A stretch of DNA of 62,995 nucleotides, the filler included, from Intoshia linei (taxonomy: Eukaryota > Animalia > Orthonectida), in NCBI GenBank assembly GCA_001642005.1. It is 13 parts of 13 records of this genome, joined end to end, with 100 filler letters (N's around TTAATTAATTAA, not from the genome) between each part and the next. Parts side by side here need not be neighbours in the genome. Positions count along the whole stretch, not along the records: positions 1 to 10,781 come from LWCA01001235.1; positions 10,882 to 12,338 come from LWCA01002608.1; positions 12,439 to 15,524 come from LWCA01002146.1; 10 more parts are not named here. The stretch is one strand, 5' to 3'. The translations under genes and the position numbers were made by a program. The notes below the pieces were generated by a model, which ran no database searches, was not told the origin of the DNA, and was given only the letters and a program-made list of their open reading frames with translations. Position 1 is the first letter of the stretch, and every line of letters starts with the position of its first letter. Positions 1-12,845 of the stretch are shown in pieces.

Positions 1-319
1 TGAAATTTGAAACAAAACAAACTTTCATCAATGGAGATTAGTTACACAAACAATTAAGGCTACAATTAGTATTATTAAACATTTTATTGAAATTTTTAGA
101 AAAAAATATACATTTTTGACCTTTACTCAAAAACGTTACTAAGAATTTTTTTAATTTTTTTTTAATACTACTCCTGAAAGTGTGCCAAATCAAAAAATGT
201 TGAAATTATGGATGAGTAATTTTTTTGAACTAAATATTAGTTCAGACAAGCTGTGTACCCGTCTTAGAATTTTATAAAGTCCACATTTCAATTACAGTTG
301 TTTTCGGGGTGTGCGCAAA

Positions 320-689
320 CATAATTTTAACCTCCGAAACTTACATCTTATGTGTCAAAAACCCCAATTGTCCCTTTTTTTGAAAATCAAACGAGTTGTA
401 GAATTTAAAAAAATTATATCTTCAGGTTTTCTATCTGTTTTTACTTTATTTTTAAATGTTAACAAACAAAAAATTAAGATGGAATAATTCACTTTAAGGT
501 AAAAGTAATGTGATATAATGGTTGCACCTGACACAAATTTGGGAACCACTCTTTTAAAGGATTGATAATAGTGAATAGTAGGATTTTTAAATTAGATTTT
601 CAATGTGAATTTTTTTGTTAAGTATTATAAAAATGTGCCCTCGGTAGAGCTAGGTCCTGTTTGTACGTAGTACATAACAGTCAACCTAG
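320..689 (+). mobile_element. Non-autonomous Helitron-like repeat, 3' end (hairpin + CTAG)
   Basis: Hairpin CTGTTTGTAC-GTA-GTACATAACAG (657-680) followed 5 nt later by CTAG|T (686-689). The same terminus recurs at ~22410, ~32260, and on the minus strand at ~39161, ~49235 and ~54562. The 5' boundary is approximate. Confidence 0.6.
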
Positions 690-878
690 TGTTATTATAA
701 AAATATATAAATTTGTTATTTGAAAAGCATTAATGTGAATGCTAATTATATAATACATTTCAAATTCAGAATATTCTAGAGAAAAAAATATAAAGCACAT
801 CAACAATAGAGCAATTTGAATATTTGCTTTCAATGATACAAAACAGATAAACAAATACTTCAATTGACGTTATTTTGA

Positions 879-1232
879 ATGTCCGATAAACTATTGGACA
901 ATATGATAACAATCAGTAAATTTACTGGAAATAACAGACACATAATATCAGTATGTATATATAAGTATATCAGTATATATAAATGTCAGAAAGACAACGT
1001 TTTACCAAAGTCCAATATGTGCCTATCCGTGTTTTTATTAATACCACAAAAACAATGTGAAGTTATAACCTCGGAGTATCTGAAGAATCATCTTAAAAAT
1101 AGTATTTCACATATTAATCATAATCAAGTTATGATATATAAATTCAATAATGGTGAACTTAGTATATGCAATTCAAAAAATGTCAGACGCATCCTTAGGG
1201 CACATATACCAGTTAAATCATACTTGATATAG
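879..1232 (+). CDS. Hypothetical small protein, probably with an in-frame 39-bp intron (951-989)
   Basis: 117-aa ORF containing a GTATGT...TGTCAG 39-bp segment of the typical intron size in this genome. No recognisable domain. Confidence 0.35.
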   Translation: MSDKLLDNMITISKFTGNNRHIISVCIYKYISIYKCQKDNVLPKSNMCLSVFLLIPQKQCEVITSEYLKNHLKNSISHINHNQVMIYKFNNGELSICNSKNVRRILRAHIPVKSYLI

Positions 1233-2562
1233 TAGACTTTTAAAAATAGTATTATACCTTATAAAAACTATTCGGTCAATTTAAAAGGAATACAAATCTG
1301 ACGATATGAAAACATATTTATATCTGTGTTCATCCAATAATTACTGAATTATAATTAAACATTGTGTACAATATAATGTATTATAATTTGAAAAAAAGTG
1401 TAATTTGACTTGAAGGGACTGGGTTTAAATAATTTTTTCATTAGAAGATTTACAGGAGAGCTTAAAAAAATATTACAAAAGGACAGCACTGGAATAAAAT
1501 AATGATACTATAAGGATGTATATTAAAATATTTCACGTAAAAAATTATAATCATAAATTGTAATAATTTGATTAGCCCAGTTTTAGTACACACTTTATTT
1601 TATTAGATGAAAATTTACATTAAATTCCATGAACTTATAATTGTAAATATAAAAATGTATAAGGCTTTAGATTTTACAGTAGGTTCCCCCAGGAAGATTA
1701 CATTTAATATATAATTCAGTAAAACTAGTAGCAAAATTGCATAAAAATATTACTGTTTTATTATACACATGGGACTGCAGAAAATAAATCTATAGTTGGT
1801 TAAATGTCGTCGAGTCAATGCTAGTATAAAATGTTTAAATTGTCACAACTAATATTATAATATTTATTAAAATAATTAAAGAATTGACAAGAAACTATTT
1901 TCAAATAATACACGATTGGAGTTGCAGTTATTAAAACTGATTGTACATTTTGATAAATTTTACAGTTTCAGTTAATTTGACTTACACTTTGAAGCATTGA
2001 CACATTTATCTAATTCGAAGCGTTTATTCACGTGTTGATTATTGATGATTTGGATTTTTACTTTATCAATATTTATAGATTTTCCCGGAGCAAATAAAAA
2101 ATATGACTACTAATTGATCAATCTTATTTAGTATGAAGGTTTCGTCACACTCATTCTAAACTCGATAAATGTATCCAATTCTAATTAAAGTTTAACTGGT
2201 GCGAATGAGAAATCGATTTGATGCTCAGTTAATATACTTGTTAATATTGCGTTTGCTATTCCAATATTGTCTGGTTATCTCTTGTGTGAATTTAAATGAG
2301 AATTTTGCTTGTGCGAAGAGAAACATGTTTAATTTTTGCAGTCTATGTAAGATCTACATTCCAATTAACCAATTTAATCATTGCTTATTTTGATTATGTT
2401 ATTTATGTTGGACGAGCGTTTGTAGTGAAAAGTATTTGGCACACTATTCGGCCCATCGATTGATGTTTTGACTTTATTTCGATATATCCATTTTCACTTT
2501 ATCTATATAATTTGTTTTAGTGGTCTAGTGATCATTTTTATGTTAATTTATATTTGTGATAA

Positions 2563-5500
2563 ATGCAGCATGTTCAAGATTTATTTTCTGATTTTTTCAA
2601 AGGTAATTTTAAAGTCTAATAAAACCACGCTTGTTCAGCGTGATTAGTATAGCTCAAGTTGAGTTTCGTGAGATGATATAACAACGAATAATTTCGAAAC
2701 CAATGACCGATAAAACGCAATTCAGTGCGATGTTATGGATTATTAGTTCATCGTGTTTTCGATACATGTGCGCAATACCGTTGAAACGCAAAATGCTACT
2801 GCCGAATGAGTATCCATTTTGAACGCTTAGTCATTTTTTGATTTAGAAAACAACGATGAAAACAAAAGGTATGTTAATACACCGATTCCGTTAATACTAG
2901 ACGGCAGATGTAGTCGGCAAATTTATTTGTAATCATTTCATGTGCCACGGGATTTATAAGACCATCCGCGTATTTATAATTTGATTAATTGTCATGCATG
3001 GAATAAATTACACAAATTTTTTCACTTGAGTTGTCGAGTTTTATCTTCGCGCGTGGTACTTTCCTAAAACCCATCTAATTTCAAAAATCGATAGGTTGTT
3101 TTTAGTCTGATCATGACCATAATGCTAATGCATCATTTATAATCATATTTTGAGTATTATACTCTGCAATTATTGGAAATTTCTGCTGTTAGTCATTGCA
3201 CATTGATGGAACGGATTGAAGATGTTTTCAGTTTATGACGTTTTGACTGGATCGGTCGTTCACTTTATATTGACTTGAAAATCACATTAATGTCAGAAGA
3301 TCTTAATGTTTTCTTGAAAACATCGATAGGCCTTTACATGAATCTGTTCAATTGATTTGCCATTATTGATGGTGAACGGATTTCCCCACAAAGTATTGAT
3401 TTGGCAGCGTCTCGAGTTGATGCATTTTGATGATGCGATTAGTACCATTTATTTATTGTCGTATGTAGTTTTCTCGATCGATTTTTAATTTATATATAAC
3501 AAGACAATCATGCAGTAACAATTAACTCGATAATCGAGAGAGCGAAAAAGTACGCGTATCACTCGATCCAGTATAAAAGGTTGGATTATTCAACAAGATG
3601 CTTATAACTGGGCCAATAACACAATTTTCACAACTGTTGCGATGCTTCAGGGATATGTAGCATCAATTTATATATCTACAAAGCAGTTTTCTCAAGCTGT
3701 ACATAACTGAAATTGTACATCCAACAATTAATGAATTGTCGAGGAACGCATCGAGCAAACATAATTATATGTGAATTTCTTCATTTATCTAACTTCTATA
3801 CTCAGTTGATTGTCAAATTATAACGCATTTTTTTAACGGAATCAAGTGCTTATATTCAATTTCAAGGTATTTAGTCGCCATTTCAAAGAGAATAAGGTAA
3901 TTTTTACAAAAACAAATCGGTCGCTGACAATCTAGTTATCGATTGATGTAATCAATATTCGTTACAGAGTGATCAATGAACTGTGAATTGGTGCAGAAAC
4001 CACAACGCTACCTGTTTCGCAGCGAGAGATAATTGATCGACCTATTCAAGTAAAAGGATGAGTGAATGTTAGTGTATGAGCGGATATACTCTGCCTTACA
4101 TTAAATGTTCAGCCAACGTATCCAACTCAAATTTTTGTTACATTTTCTGGAGTCAGCGTTGCAAATTTAATTTGGCTGCAATTATTTAAAATTGATATGA
4201 AAAATGGAAATTTGAGATGATTTGGAACATATCGAAACTACTCTTCATGCGCATCATCCACGCAAACTTATACGTCGAACACAAATCATTAGTATCATAT
4301 TTCACTGTAACCGGCTATGAGGTTTCAAGTTAGGTTTTCGTAAACATTTTCATATTGAAATATTTACTCACGAAAGTCTGTTTGAACATTGGTAATCTTA
4401 GTTATTATGCAGTTTTGATTGTTGACCACTCATCCAACCAGCTGCATGTTTACTTTGTGTATTGTGGCGAACACAATTATCACCGATGACTATTTGTAAT
4501 CATCTATATGTCGATTATCATCCCACATGTGCCACCATTTTTTCAATATTCCTATAAAATATAACTAAATTTGTCACACAATTTTACGCGGACCAACTAA
4601 TTTCAAGGTAGATTTTTTTTGTAAGGCAAAACATTAGCATACATAATATATCTTCTGCTAGTTTAAATGGGTTATTAATGTTTACCAATTTTAACAAACT
4701 TGGTTAATATCAATAGATTGAAATTCAAATATTGCAATTTCGTGATGTGTAAGAAAAATTAGAAATCATTGGAAATCTACCAATTTGACGTATATTTTGC
4801 CTAAATTTTCAAGGTTATTATTTTCCTGAGAACAAACATTCGTATATTTATATACTCACTTTATTTTACACTGTAAAATTGAGTTTTCAACACGTATATA
4901 AACACGTTTCTGGTGAATTTCATACATTTAATTAATGTTATGCCTATAAGAAAAAGGTAAATAAACGTTACGATAATCTTTATTTATTTCATTTGCGTTT
5001 TCATTTTTAAATTCCTAAAGCTCGTTTAGTATCAAGTTTCAACCAATTTACTGTTTTTAGATAACATCAAAAGTGAACCTGTTACGGTAAAAATCATTTG
5101 CTATCTATCCTCTGACAATCAATGTCAATGCTGTACAAACAACAAATGAACTTTCCACAGCATTCTAATAACTCTCCGCATTTTGAGGCTAATTCGATGT
5201 CTTTTGCAACTCCTCCTAAATCTCCAAATGAAATCAAGGTGGAAATCCCACTTAACCCAAAACTTGGTAAATTATATTTGGTTTTTATTTTAATTATATT
5301 AGCTGCTGCAACCAACGGTGATATTGTGTTAAACCTTTCTTTGAAGGGCTGCACTACACCTGCATCTGAAAATTGTCAACCTGAAACTACTAGTAGCTTG
5401 ACCAAACAACAGCTGGATCAAAAAACCAAAGCCAGTAATTACGTTAATTCTTATTTGCCATCTTCAATACCTTCTTCCTCGTTCGTTTCCCATCTGTCAT

Positions 5501-7075
5501 CTCTTTTATTCTCACCCATGGAGAAATCTAGTGTTTCAGCACTAAGTAATTCATCATCGCCGCTGACTCAAAGCCAAATTAAAAATCAAACTAAACAAAA
5601 AATGTTTCAAGGTACATATTCCAACTCTTCACTTAATTTGGGTAATGTAATTTATACATAATCTAATTTTAAGCAGGATCGGGACAGACAATCAATCAAT
5701 ATGGAAGAATTTTCACGAATGGTCGACCGCTCCCAGAAGAATTACGTCTAAAAATACTGGATATGGCTCTAAAGGGTGTCAGACCTTGTGAAATCAGCAG
5801 ACAACTTCAAGTATTTATTTATACTATGGTTCTTGAATATTTTTAGGTGTCACATGGGTGTGTTAGCAAAATCTTGAACAGATACAGAAAAACTGGAAAC
5901 ATCCAGCCAGGTCAAATTGGAGGGAGTAAACCAAAGGTTACTACTCCTTGTGTAGTAAACAAAGTTCGAGACTACAAAGATCAAAATGCCAACATTTTTG
6001 CCTGGGAAATTCGACAAAAGCTACAAGACGAAGGAATTTGTTCTATTAAGAACACCCCTAGCATTAGCTCGATTAATAGAATAATTCGAGATACTGAATC
6101 GGCTAATCATCAGGTACTTTAAAATTAAAATTTCCTTATGTTTTATTAGAAATACAAAAATAAATTAGACAATTCTCGAAAATTGAAATGTAACTATTTA
6201 CTTTGTAAACGTTTAATATTTTTATAGATCGAACAAATCCCAAATCTTCTATGATATGTATGTCAAAATCTACCTTGAATAACTTGCCAGAATCAAAAAA
6301 GTATTTGAAACGTCAAAGATCACGTTCATTTGGAAATGAGCAAAAGTCTCATCTTCTGAAATACCCCAAAATGTATTCAGGTTTGGACTTTTCAAATTTA
6401 AATAGTTCAACATACAAAAATATGTTGGACTCTCCAAATTCAGATTCAAAATCCTTCGTTTTTAATAGCCGAGAAAATTTTGTTGATTCTAATTCAGGGA
6501 AAATTATTACTCAAGATTTAATGGAAAATTCAATCGATTCCATGACAAAAAGAAAACCTCGCAAAAACGCGAACCCTTTAAAAATTCACCTCACTGATAA
6601 TTTTAACAATACTTGCCAAAAATTAAATACTGCGGACGTTAATTTGGAAGAATGTACGCCTTCAGGAAACATTACTACACCGGTTAGCAATATTCTTCTC
6701 ATTAATGGGCAGCATTACCCTATTGTTCAATTGTATGAAGGTTTTTGGGCGTCTAAACATGCCATAAAAATCGAAAGAAAGCGGTTTGAAAAATCGCATC
6801 GCAAAATTGTCAACAAATTTCCTTTCAAAGTCGACAGAAAATCAAAATGCAAATGGTTGCACAGAAAACCGTGCTCTGATAGCGAATTAAATTTTTTGAA
6901 TCAGAAATCAAACTCCATTTTAAATAATGTGCTGCATCGTAAAAATAAATCTACCCATGACGATCAAACTCCACAACGTATGCTGACTCACACACGATCT
7001 AGATCTTTTACTTCCATAGAAAAAATACTTAATAAGCCCCAAAATAAGGAAGCTCAATTGAAACAATCAGTCTGA
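2563..7075 (+). CDS. Pax-beta: Paired-box transcription factor, Pax-beta subfamily (spliced; exons 2563-2602, 5061-5086, 5161-5266, 5303-5641, 5677-5810, 5847-6113, 6150-6189, 6228-7075)
   Basis: The spliced paired domain reads [43 protein letters not shown]|[34 protein letters not shown]...FAWEIRQKL...[12 protein letters not shown]. [14 protein letters not shown] and RYRKTGxIxPGQIGG are Pax-beta signatures. No homeodomain is seen. All GT-AG junctions keep frame. The first exon ([13 protein letters not shown]) is less certain than the paired-domain exons. Confidence 0.88.
2603..5060 (+). promoter_or_regulatory. Long (2458-bp) first intron of Pax-beta, putative cis-regulatory region
   Basis: Donor AAAG|GTAATT at 2603 and acceptor TTTTTAG at 5060 join exon 1 (phase 1) in frame to DNIKSEPVT. 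The region is visibly CpG-richer than its surroundings and has no recognisable TE and no long ORF. Confidence 0.55.
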
Positions 7076-7239
7076 TTGTTTGTAATATATAATTTTCGTT
7101 GTGTGCATTGTTTACATGTTTGTGATATCCCAATCAATATATCCGAATTATCTTTCGCTGCTTTTATTTTTCTGTCAATCACGATATTTATGATTATTTT
7201 AATAAATTTTTAAATGTGTTTATTTACAAAATTTACAAT

Positions 7240-9910
7240 TTATTTTATTTTACATTTTCGACAGTAATTTTCTTTGAGAAAACACTTTGTGTGAGTAACG
7301 TGACCATTGGAACACTAAAAACGTTATAAAAATTGAAAACCAAGTTGAATTACAAGATTGATATTTTCGTAAAACGGGAATAATACATCGTTTGAAAAGC
7401 AAATTTGGCAAATATGACCTCTTTGAATACACAAATAGCATGATTCTATATGTTTAATTCCAATTTTAAGAGCTTTTTCAATATAAGCAGTGAAAGCTCC
7501 ATTTTTTGTTTTTACCAAGTCTTCAATTCTCCAATATTTTTCCGTTTCGAACATATATCCATTTTTAGCTTTCAAAGAATTAATCAAACATTTCCTCATG
7601 TCCTGAGATGATACAAATTTGCAATTATCCAAATAATTCCAAATATATTTTAATCGTCTTCGTTGTTTCTAAATTTACGTTTTATATTTTAAATTAAAAA
7701 TTACCTTGGCAGACACCATGCAGTCAAAATTAAATAAGGGATTTCTCTTATCAATATTAATAATCAACAATTTTGATGAATAGTTTATATAACGTTCGCA
7801 TTCGTTGCAAACTAAAATGAATTTAAAAAATTATATAACATATAAAAACCTTCGAATGTGTCAAAATTAAAATTATGCAAAATCTGAGAAGGAATAATAG
7901 ACATTTTCCCAGAGTGGCATTCTTTACAATATAAACGGCCATCATATTTACACAAACAAAATTTTTTTTCAGTAAATCCAATAATTTCACTGCACTTGGA
8001 ACATTTAAAATTTTCTTGAAATAAATTTTTTTGGTGTACTATCTTTAGAAAATTATCTACAAGTTCCATACTACAAGAAATTTCCATTTTCAAGTTGAAA
8101 CTAATTATGTGAATCATCTTTTTTTTCTTGAGTATTTTATCATAAAATTTTTCTTTTTCTGAGTTTAGATTAGATTCACCTTCAGATTGTGAAGTCAGTG
8201 AAGACAGCACGTAATCAGAATCAAACGATCGAGGCATATCGATCACTTCCCTTATATGATTCAAAAATTTTTCTTTGATAGATTGATCCTCCATGTGTTT
8301 CATTTCTTTAAATTCACTTCTATATATTTCGTCAATTTGTCGATATGATAAATTTTCTTTATTAACCTTTGTAATGTCATCGGAAATCGAAGTTTGCATG
8401 TCACTGCAATTCAATGAAAAATCAGTGGAAAAGTTCAATGTTTGATTGCAAGAATCCCCATCGTTAATTAATGTTGCTTCTTCTGATAAGCAGCTCCTCT
8501 GAATATTCAATACATCATTACTCACAATACTGTCGCACACTTCAAAAACTTCTCCAATTTGCATCATCTCTCGATACTCGTTACGCAAATAAACTTTAAA
8601 AGGATCGTTATGCATTTCTTTCAAACCCTCGATAATCAATTCAAATTCAATTTTCTTTTTATTTGATTTAGATAAACGTTCTATCGTACTTAGACTTTTT
8701 GGTAAATTTTGATAGTATTCAGACATCATTTGAGCCAATGTTTTTTGTGGATAAAAAATGAAACCATCACATGCTGATTCACACTCTTCTGTATTATTTT
8801 GATTTTGTGAGTCAGTAGCATCACTATCAATTGATTCCTCAATTTCAACAATCTTGCTTAATTGAACAGTATTTTTATTTAAATTTTCCTCTTCTAATTT
8901 ACGTTTATCAACATGTCTCATTACATTTAGTATTCCACGATCTCTAATTTTCTTAATTTCTATAGAACCTGGTCCAATAATATCAATTACTTCTTCTCCG
9001 AATTGCATCGTTTTCATTCCTCTATAATTTTCCGTGTTTCGCATACTATTAACCCATATTTCTCGTTCAATAGACAAAGCTTCCAGTCTCGATGGAACTG
9101 TGTGGAAGAAAATCTCTTTTGGTTTATTTACACCGATTTGTTCAAGGACTATAGGAACTGCCTCTACGTCATTACTTTTACTTTCAATTACATCAGTTTC
9201 ATCAAGAGACTCAACATCCGAAATTATTTCAATACAGAGTAAATCTAAATCCTTAGCTGGTTTTATTACACGGCCAGCCATTAATAGCGTCGACGACGGC
9301 ATATCATTGTAGAATATACAATTCACCGATAAAGAAAAATGATGATTTTCGAAACCTAAATGATAAATTGAAATAAAAAAGCATTAAAATATACATGTTA
9401 TCAAAACAGTCAGAGCAGTAAAACAATCTTTGTCCCTCAAAAATGCATTCTTGAAATAGTAATGTCTAAAAAAATTAATTAATTGTTTAATGTAAACTAC
9501 CTAATATCTAAAGATTCTAAGGACAGTACCAATCCATGTAATGTTCCATAATCGTTTACTATATATCTAATCCAAGACCTGCAAACTCCGATGGTCGACT
9601 TTATTTGAGATAAAAATTTTAATTCCTTAATAATTCCTGGAGGAGAATAATTTTTTATCACATTTATAAAATATACTTGCTTTTTATCATACTTCAATTG
9701 ATGAATAAAAATAGCTTCTAAAACTTTACAAATCCTATCGACTAGAATCCCACATTTTATTACCTTTTTAAAGGTTGGATCCCACTGTTTTAAAGCCAAA
9801 CTTATTCCATCTAACTCTTCTTTAAGTTCTTTTTTTACTAATGATGACTTTATTATAGATATTTCAACTTCGTCCGACTTTTCTGTAAAAATTTTATTCA
9901 AAATATTCAT
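7240..9910 (-). CDS. PLEKHM1: PLEKHM1-like protein (N-terminal RUN domain, C-terminal Rubicon-homology zinc-binding domain), multi-exon
   Basis: RUN motifs ICKVLEAIFIHQLK and IGVCRSWIRYIVND. RH motifs QENFKCSKC..CKYDGRLYCKECH...IIPSQILHNFNF and HIESCYLCIQRGHICQIC...LFPF. The spliced last exon reads CSNGHVTHTKC...CRKC*. Short GT-AG introns separate the ORF segments. Confidence 0.8.
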
Positions 9911-10781
9911 AAATCAACAAGTTTATAAAAATGCTTATCTTTACACATGCATTCTTTCCACATAAAATTTATTTATTCAATAATTTTAACTCCTACTATA
10001 TATCAACATTATTTTTATTTAAACGTATCCGTGGCTAACAAATATCTATGGGTTTTAAAATAAACACATTTTTTTAGATTTCTAACTTACTATCATTTAC
10101 AATTAATGTGTTAAAGTTTAACTTAAACTATACATTAAATTACAAATTGTATTGTACCAAATATTAAGTTTATATTATAAACCTTATTATATATTATAGA
10201 GGTGGACTGGGCAATTCCCATTGGACATATCGTGTCTCAATGATGAGTTAATAATTTTTCACTTTTGTAGTCAATTTTCTGGAAAGCTGGAGAATATCTC
10301 ATTTGTTCTAAACCTGGGATGCCAAATCAGTTTGGGAGAGTGGTGCCCGAAATTTTTATAAATAGAATCAAATTTTATAATTTTGGGTCTTTTCAATAAA
10401 TGATCAAACATTTTTAATAATATTTTGATAATTTCAACAATAAAATTAAATTTTCAACTACTGTATATCAATTTTTGCGTAACAACAGTGAAAGTCTTAT
10501 TTTATTGAATGCCGGTGTCAAAGAGGAAAAAGGTTAAGAACCCATGTCCTCTCTGAAGTACCTTGGGGCCAGTAGTAGTCCCAGGCAAATGGAAAATGTA
10601 TGGCCCTTATAAAAAAATTTTCAAAAATTGGACCTCTATACATTGCTTAACCCTTCGACTTATTTATTAAAAATTTTAAATATTTTTTAAAAAAATAATG
10701 AAATTTTAAATATGTCGTATTACACTATATTATAATATTATTATGGAAGACAGGAATCTAGACTATTGTAATTTAATTTAG

Positions 10782-10881
10782 NNNNNNNNNNNNNNNNNNN
10801 NNNNNNNNNNNNNNNNNNNNNNNNNTTAATTAATTAANNNNNNNNNNNNNNNNNNNNNNNNNNNNNNNNNNNNNNNNNNNN
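10782..10881. other. Artificial contig linker (N-run, TTAATTAATTAA, N-run); first of 12
   Basis: Identical 100-nt structure also at ~12339, 15525, 25648, 27047, 28297, 35487, 37958, 39990, 47660, 49355 and 60356. The 12-mer is palindromic and gives stops in all six frames. Confidence 0.97.
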
Positions 10882-12338
10882 CATCAATTTCTTCATTATT
10901 CATCAAAATTATGCCGAGTCTGGAGACGGTAGCAGGGGAAGCATGTATGAGCGAGTTGGTTTCAAATATAAAGTTTACATTAGAATCAAATCGTATACGT
11001 TCTCCAGAGGGCATAGTCAATAGTCTATTGTCGTCTAAAACGGAGTTTAAAGCTTCAATCCACTCTGGATCAATGTCTCCATCAAATATTATCCAATTTT
11101 TTACTTTTAATTCTTCCAGAGTACATTTTCGGGCCGCTTCAGTCAATAGTCCATCGTTCCATTCGCGTGTTTCGCTGTCAATGTAGCCGAGTAATAAATT
11201 TTTTTCAACTGCTTTTGGGTTAAATTTGTAAATTTTCACAGTTACACCAATAGATTGAAGACATTTACACAAAATTTCCAAAATTGTTGATTTACCAGAC
11301 ATGGAAGGACCCAGCAAAACGACACCCATTCTTTGATTCAATTGTTCATACAGTTCAATCACTTTACTACTCTGAGCTTCAATTGAAACCAAATTCAAAC
11401 TTGAACAAACTTTGAAGATTAATTCTCTATTAATTCCTTTATTAGCAAGTAAACTTTTAAAATTTTCATTTTCACCGAAAACACTGGTTAGTATTTGATT
11501 GAATCGTATACAATCCGTATGGGTTAATTTGGGGCTAATGGTTAATTTAAGAATACACACAATGATGCCAATTTCATCTTCAATCGTTATTTCAGATTTT
11601 TCGAATTGAATAAGCATTTTTCCACTAGACACTATCACCGATGATAAGCATCTCAACCCCCAATCATAATGTTGCTGTTTAGAAAGAAGAGTGCGTGATA
11701 AATTGAACAATGTTTCCAACTTTTTAGTAATCCGTTCAGCAAATTTAAAACCATCTGAGTATAAAATTACTTGACCAATCACATCAATATCGGGCTTGCT
11801 CATTGATACCGACCTAAACAATTGTTTAAGGTTGTCGGGTAATTTCTGTCTTGCGCCATAACCATTTCCAGCCGGGTTCATTGTTATAAATATTGCTGAA
11901 TTTGGATTTAAATCTATTTCCTTATTCAGTAAATTCATTTTCAACTGTTTTGTAAATATAGCTTTTTGGATTTCTTCAATTTGTATAGAAATTGCAGATA
12001 ATACGTGTTCATCCAATCTATTAAACTCGTCGAAACAACCCCAACCTCCAGACATTACTAAACCTATAAAAATTCTACCAATTGATACTATATCGATTCC
12101 TTCATCACAATTAAAAACTAAAACATGTCGACCTAATAATGATCCCAATGTTTTAATTGACTCTGTTTTACCCGTTCCGGCTGGTCCGTAGGGACTTCCA
12201 CCTAGTCCCATATGCATAGCTTGTGTAACTGCTATAAAACACTTGTCAGTCAATTTTGTTTGAACCAATCTATCGGTATTGCCCTGATATTCATAAGTAT
12301 AATCAAATTTTGCTAGGGCCATTTTTACTATTAAATTT
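10882..12338 (-). CDS. DYNC2H1: Cytoplasmic dynein-2 heavy chain (retrograde IFT dynein), internal fragment AAA1-AAA2, truncated by gaps
   Basis: FDYTYEYQGN, GLGGSPYGPAGTGKTES (P-loop 1), VLVFNCDEGID, WGCFDEFNRLD, QKLPDNLKQLFR, QQHYDWGLR, GPSMSGKST (P-loop 2), DGDIDPEWIEALNSVLDDNRLLTMPSGERI. YEYQGN and NCDEGID are dynein-2 type. Confidence 0.92.
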
Positions 12339-12845
12339 NNNNNNNNNNNNNNNNNNNNNNNNNNNNNNNNNNNNNNNNNNNNTTAATTAATTAANNNNNN
12401 NNNNNNNNNNNNNNNNNNNNNNNNNNNNNNNNNNNNNNTTAAACATAGACTATGTTAAGGATGTAATAAAAAAAAAATTTGAGAGATGATTAGAAAGAAT
12501 GTTGTACATTAATGTTAGCAATAAATTTTGGTGGTGAAATATCCCTAAAAAAACCTAAAGCATCGTCAAAGGCCAGATAGATGTCTCACATAATTTATTG
12601 TGCTAAATCGTTTATATTGGATATCAATAAAAACCACGAAACAGAATGTTTCCTAATATGGGTGTTTTATGGATATTTACCATTTTGGCTAAGGGCATCT
12701 GATACACAGCAAGCACATCCCTACCCTACCATTTAATAGCCATCTTATTTAAGTATGAAACAGAATAATCATTCAAATTATTAATTATAATAGAATGTTC
12801 GCTATTATAATCTTCACATATTGACTAAAATAATCGATGATTTAA

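Noticed and set aside
2603-5060. Conserved microRNA, tRNA or rRNA genes in the long Pax intron or elsewhere in the window
   Set aside because: No convincing match to mature miRNA sequences I know, and no cloverleaf or rRNA motifs seen. A covariance-model search would be needed to exclude them.
9003-9312. Plus-strand ORFs at 9003-9312; also ORFs at 5094-5354, 10911-11186, 13357-13641, 29644-29862, 45059-45364 and 56573-56818
   Set aside because: Antisense shadows of real coding or TE sequence on the opposite strand.
10826-10837. Recurrent TTAATTAATTAA palindrome as a biological repeat or CRISPR-like unit
   Set aside because: It always sits centred in N-runs of fixed length, so it is an assembly linker. 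The ORFs ending in ...XXXLIN are artefacts of it.
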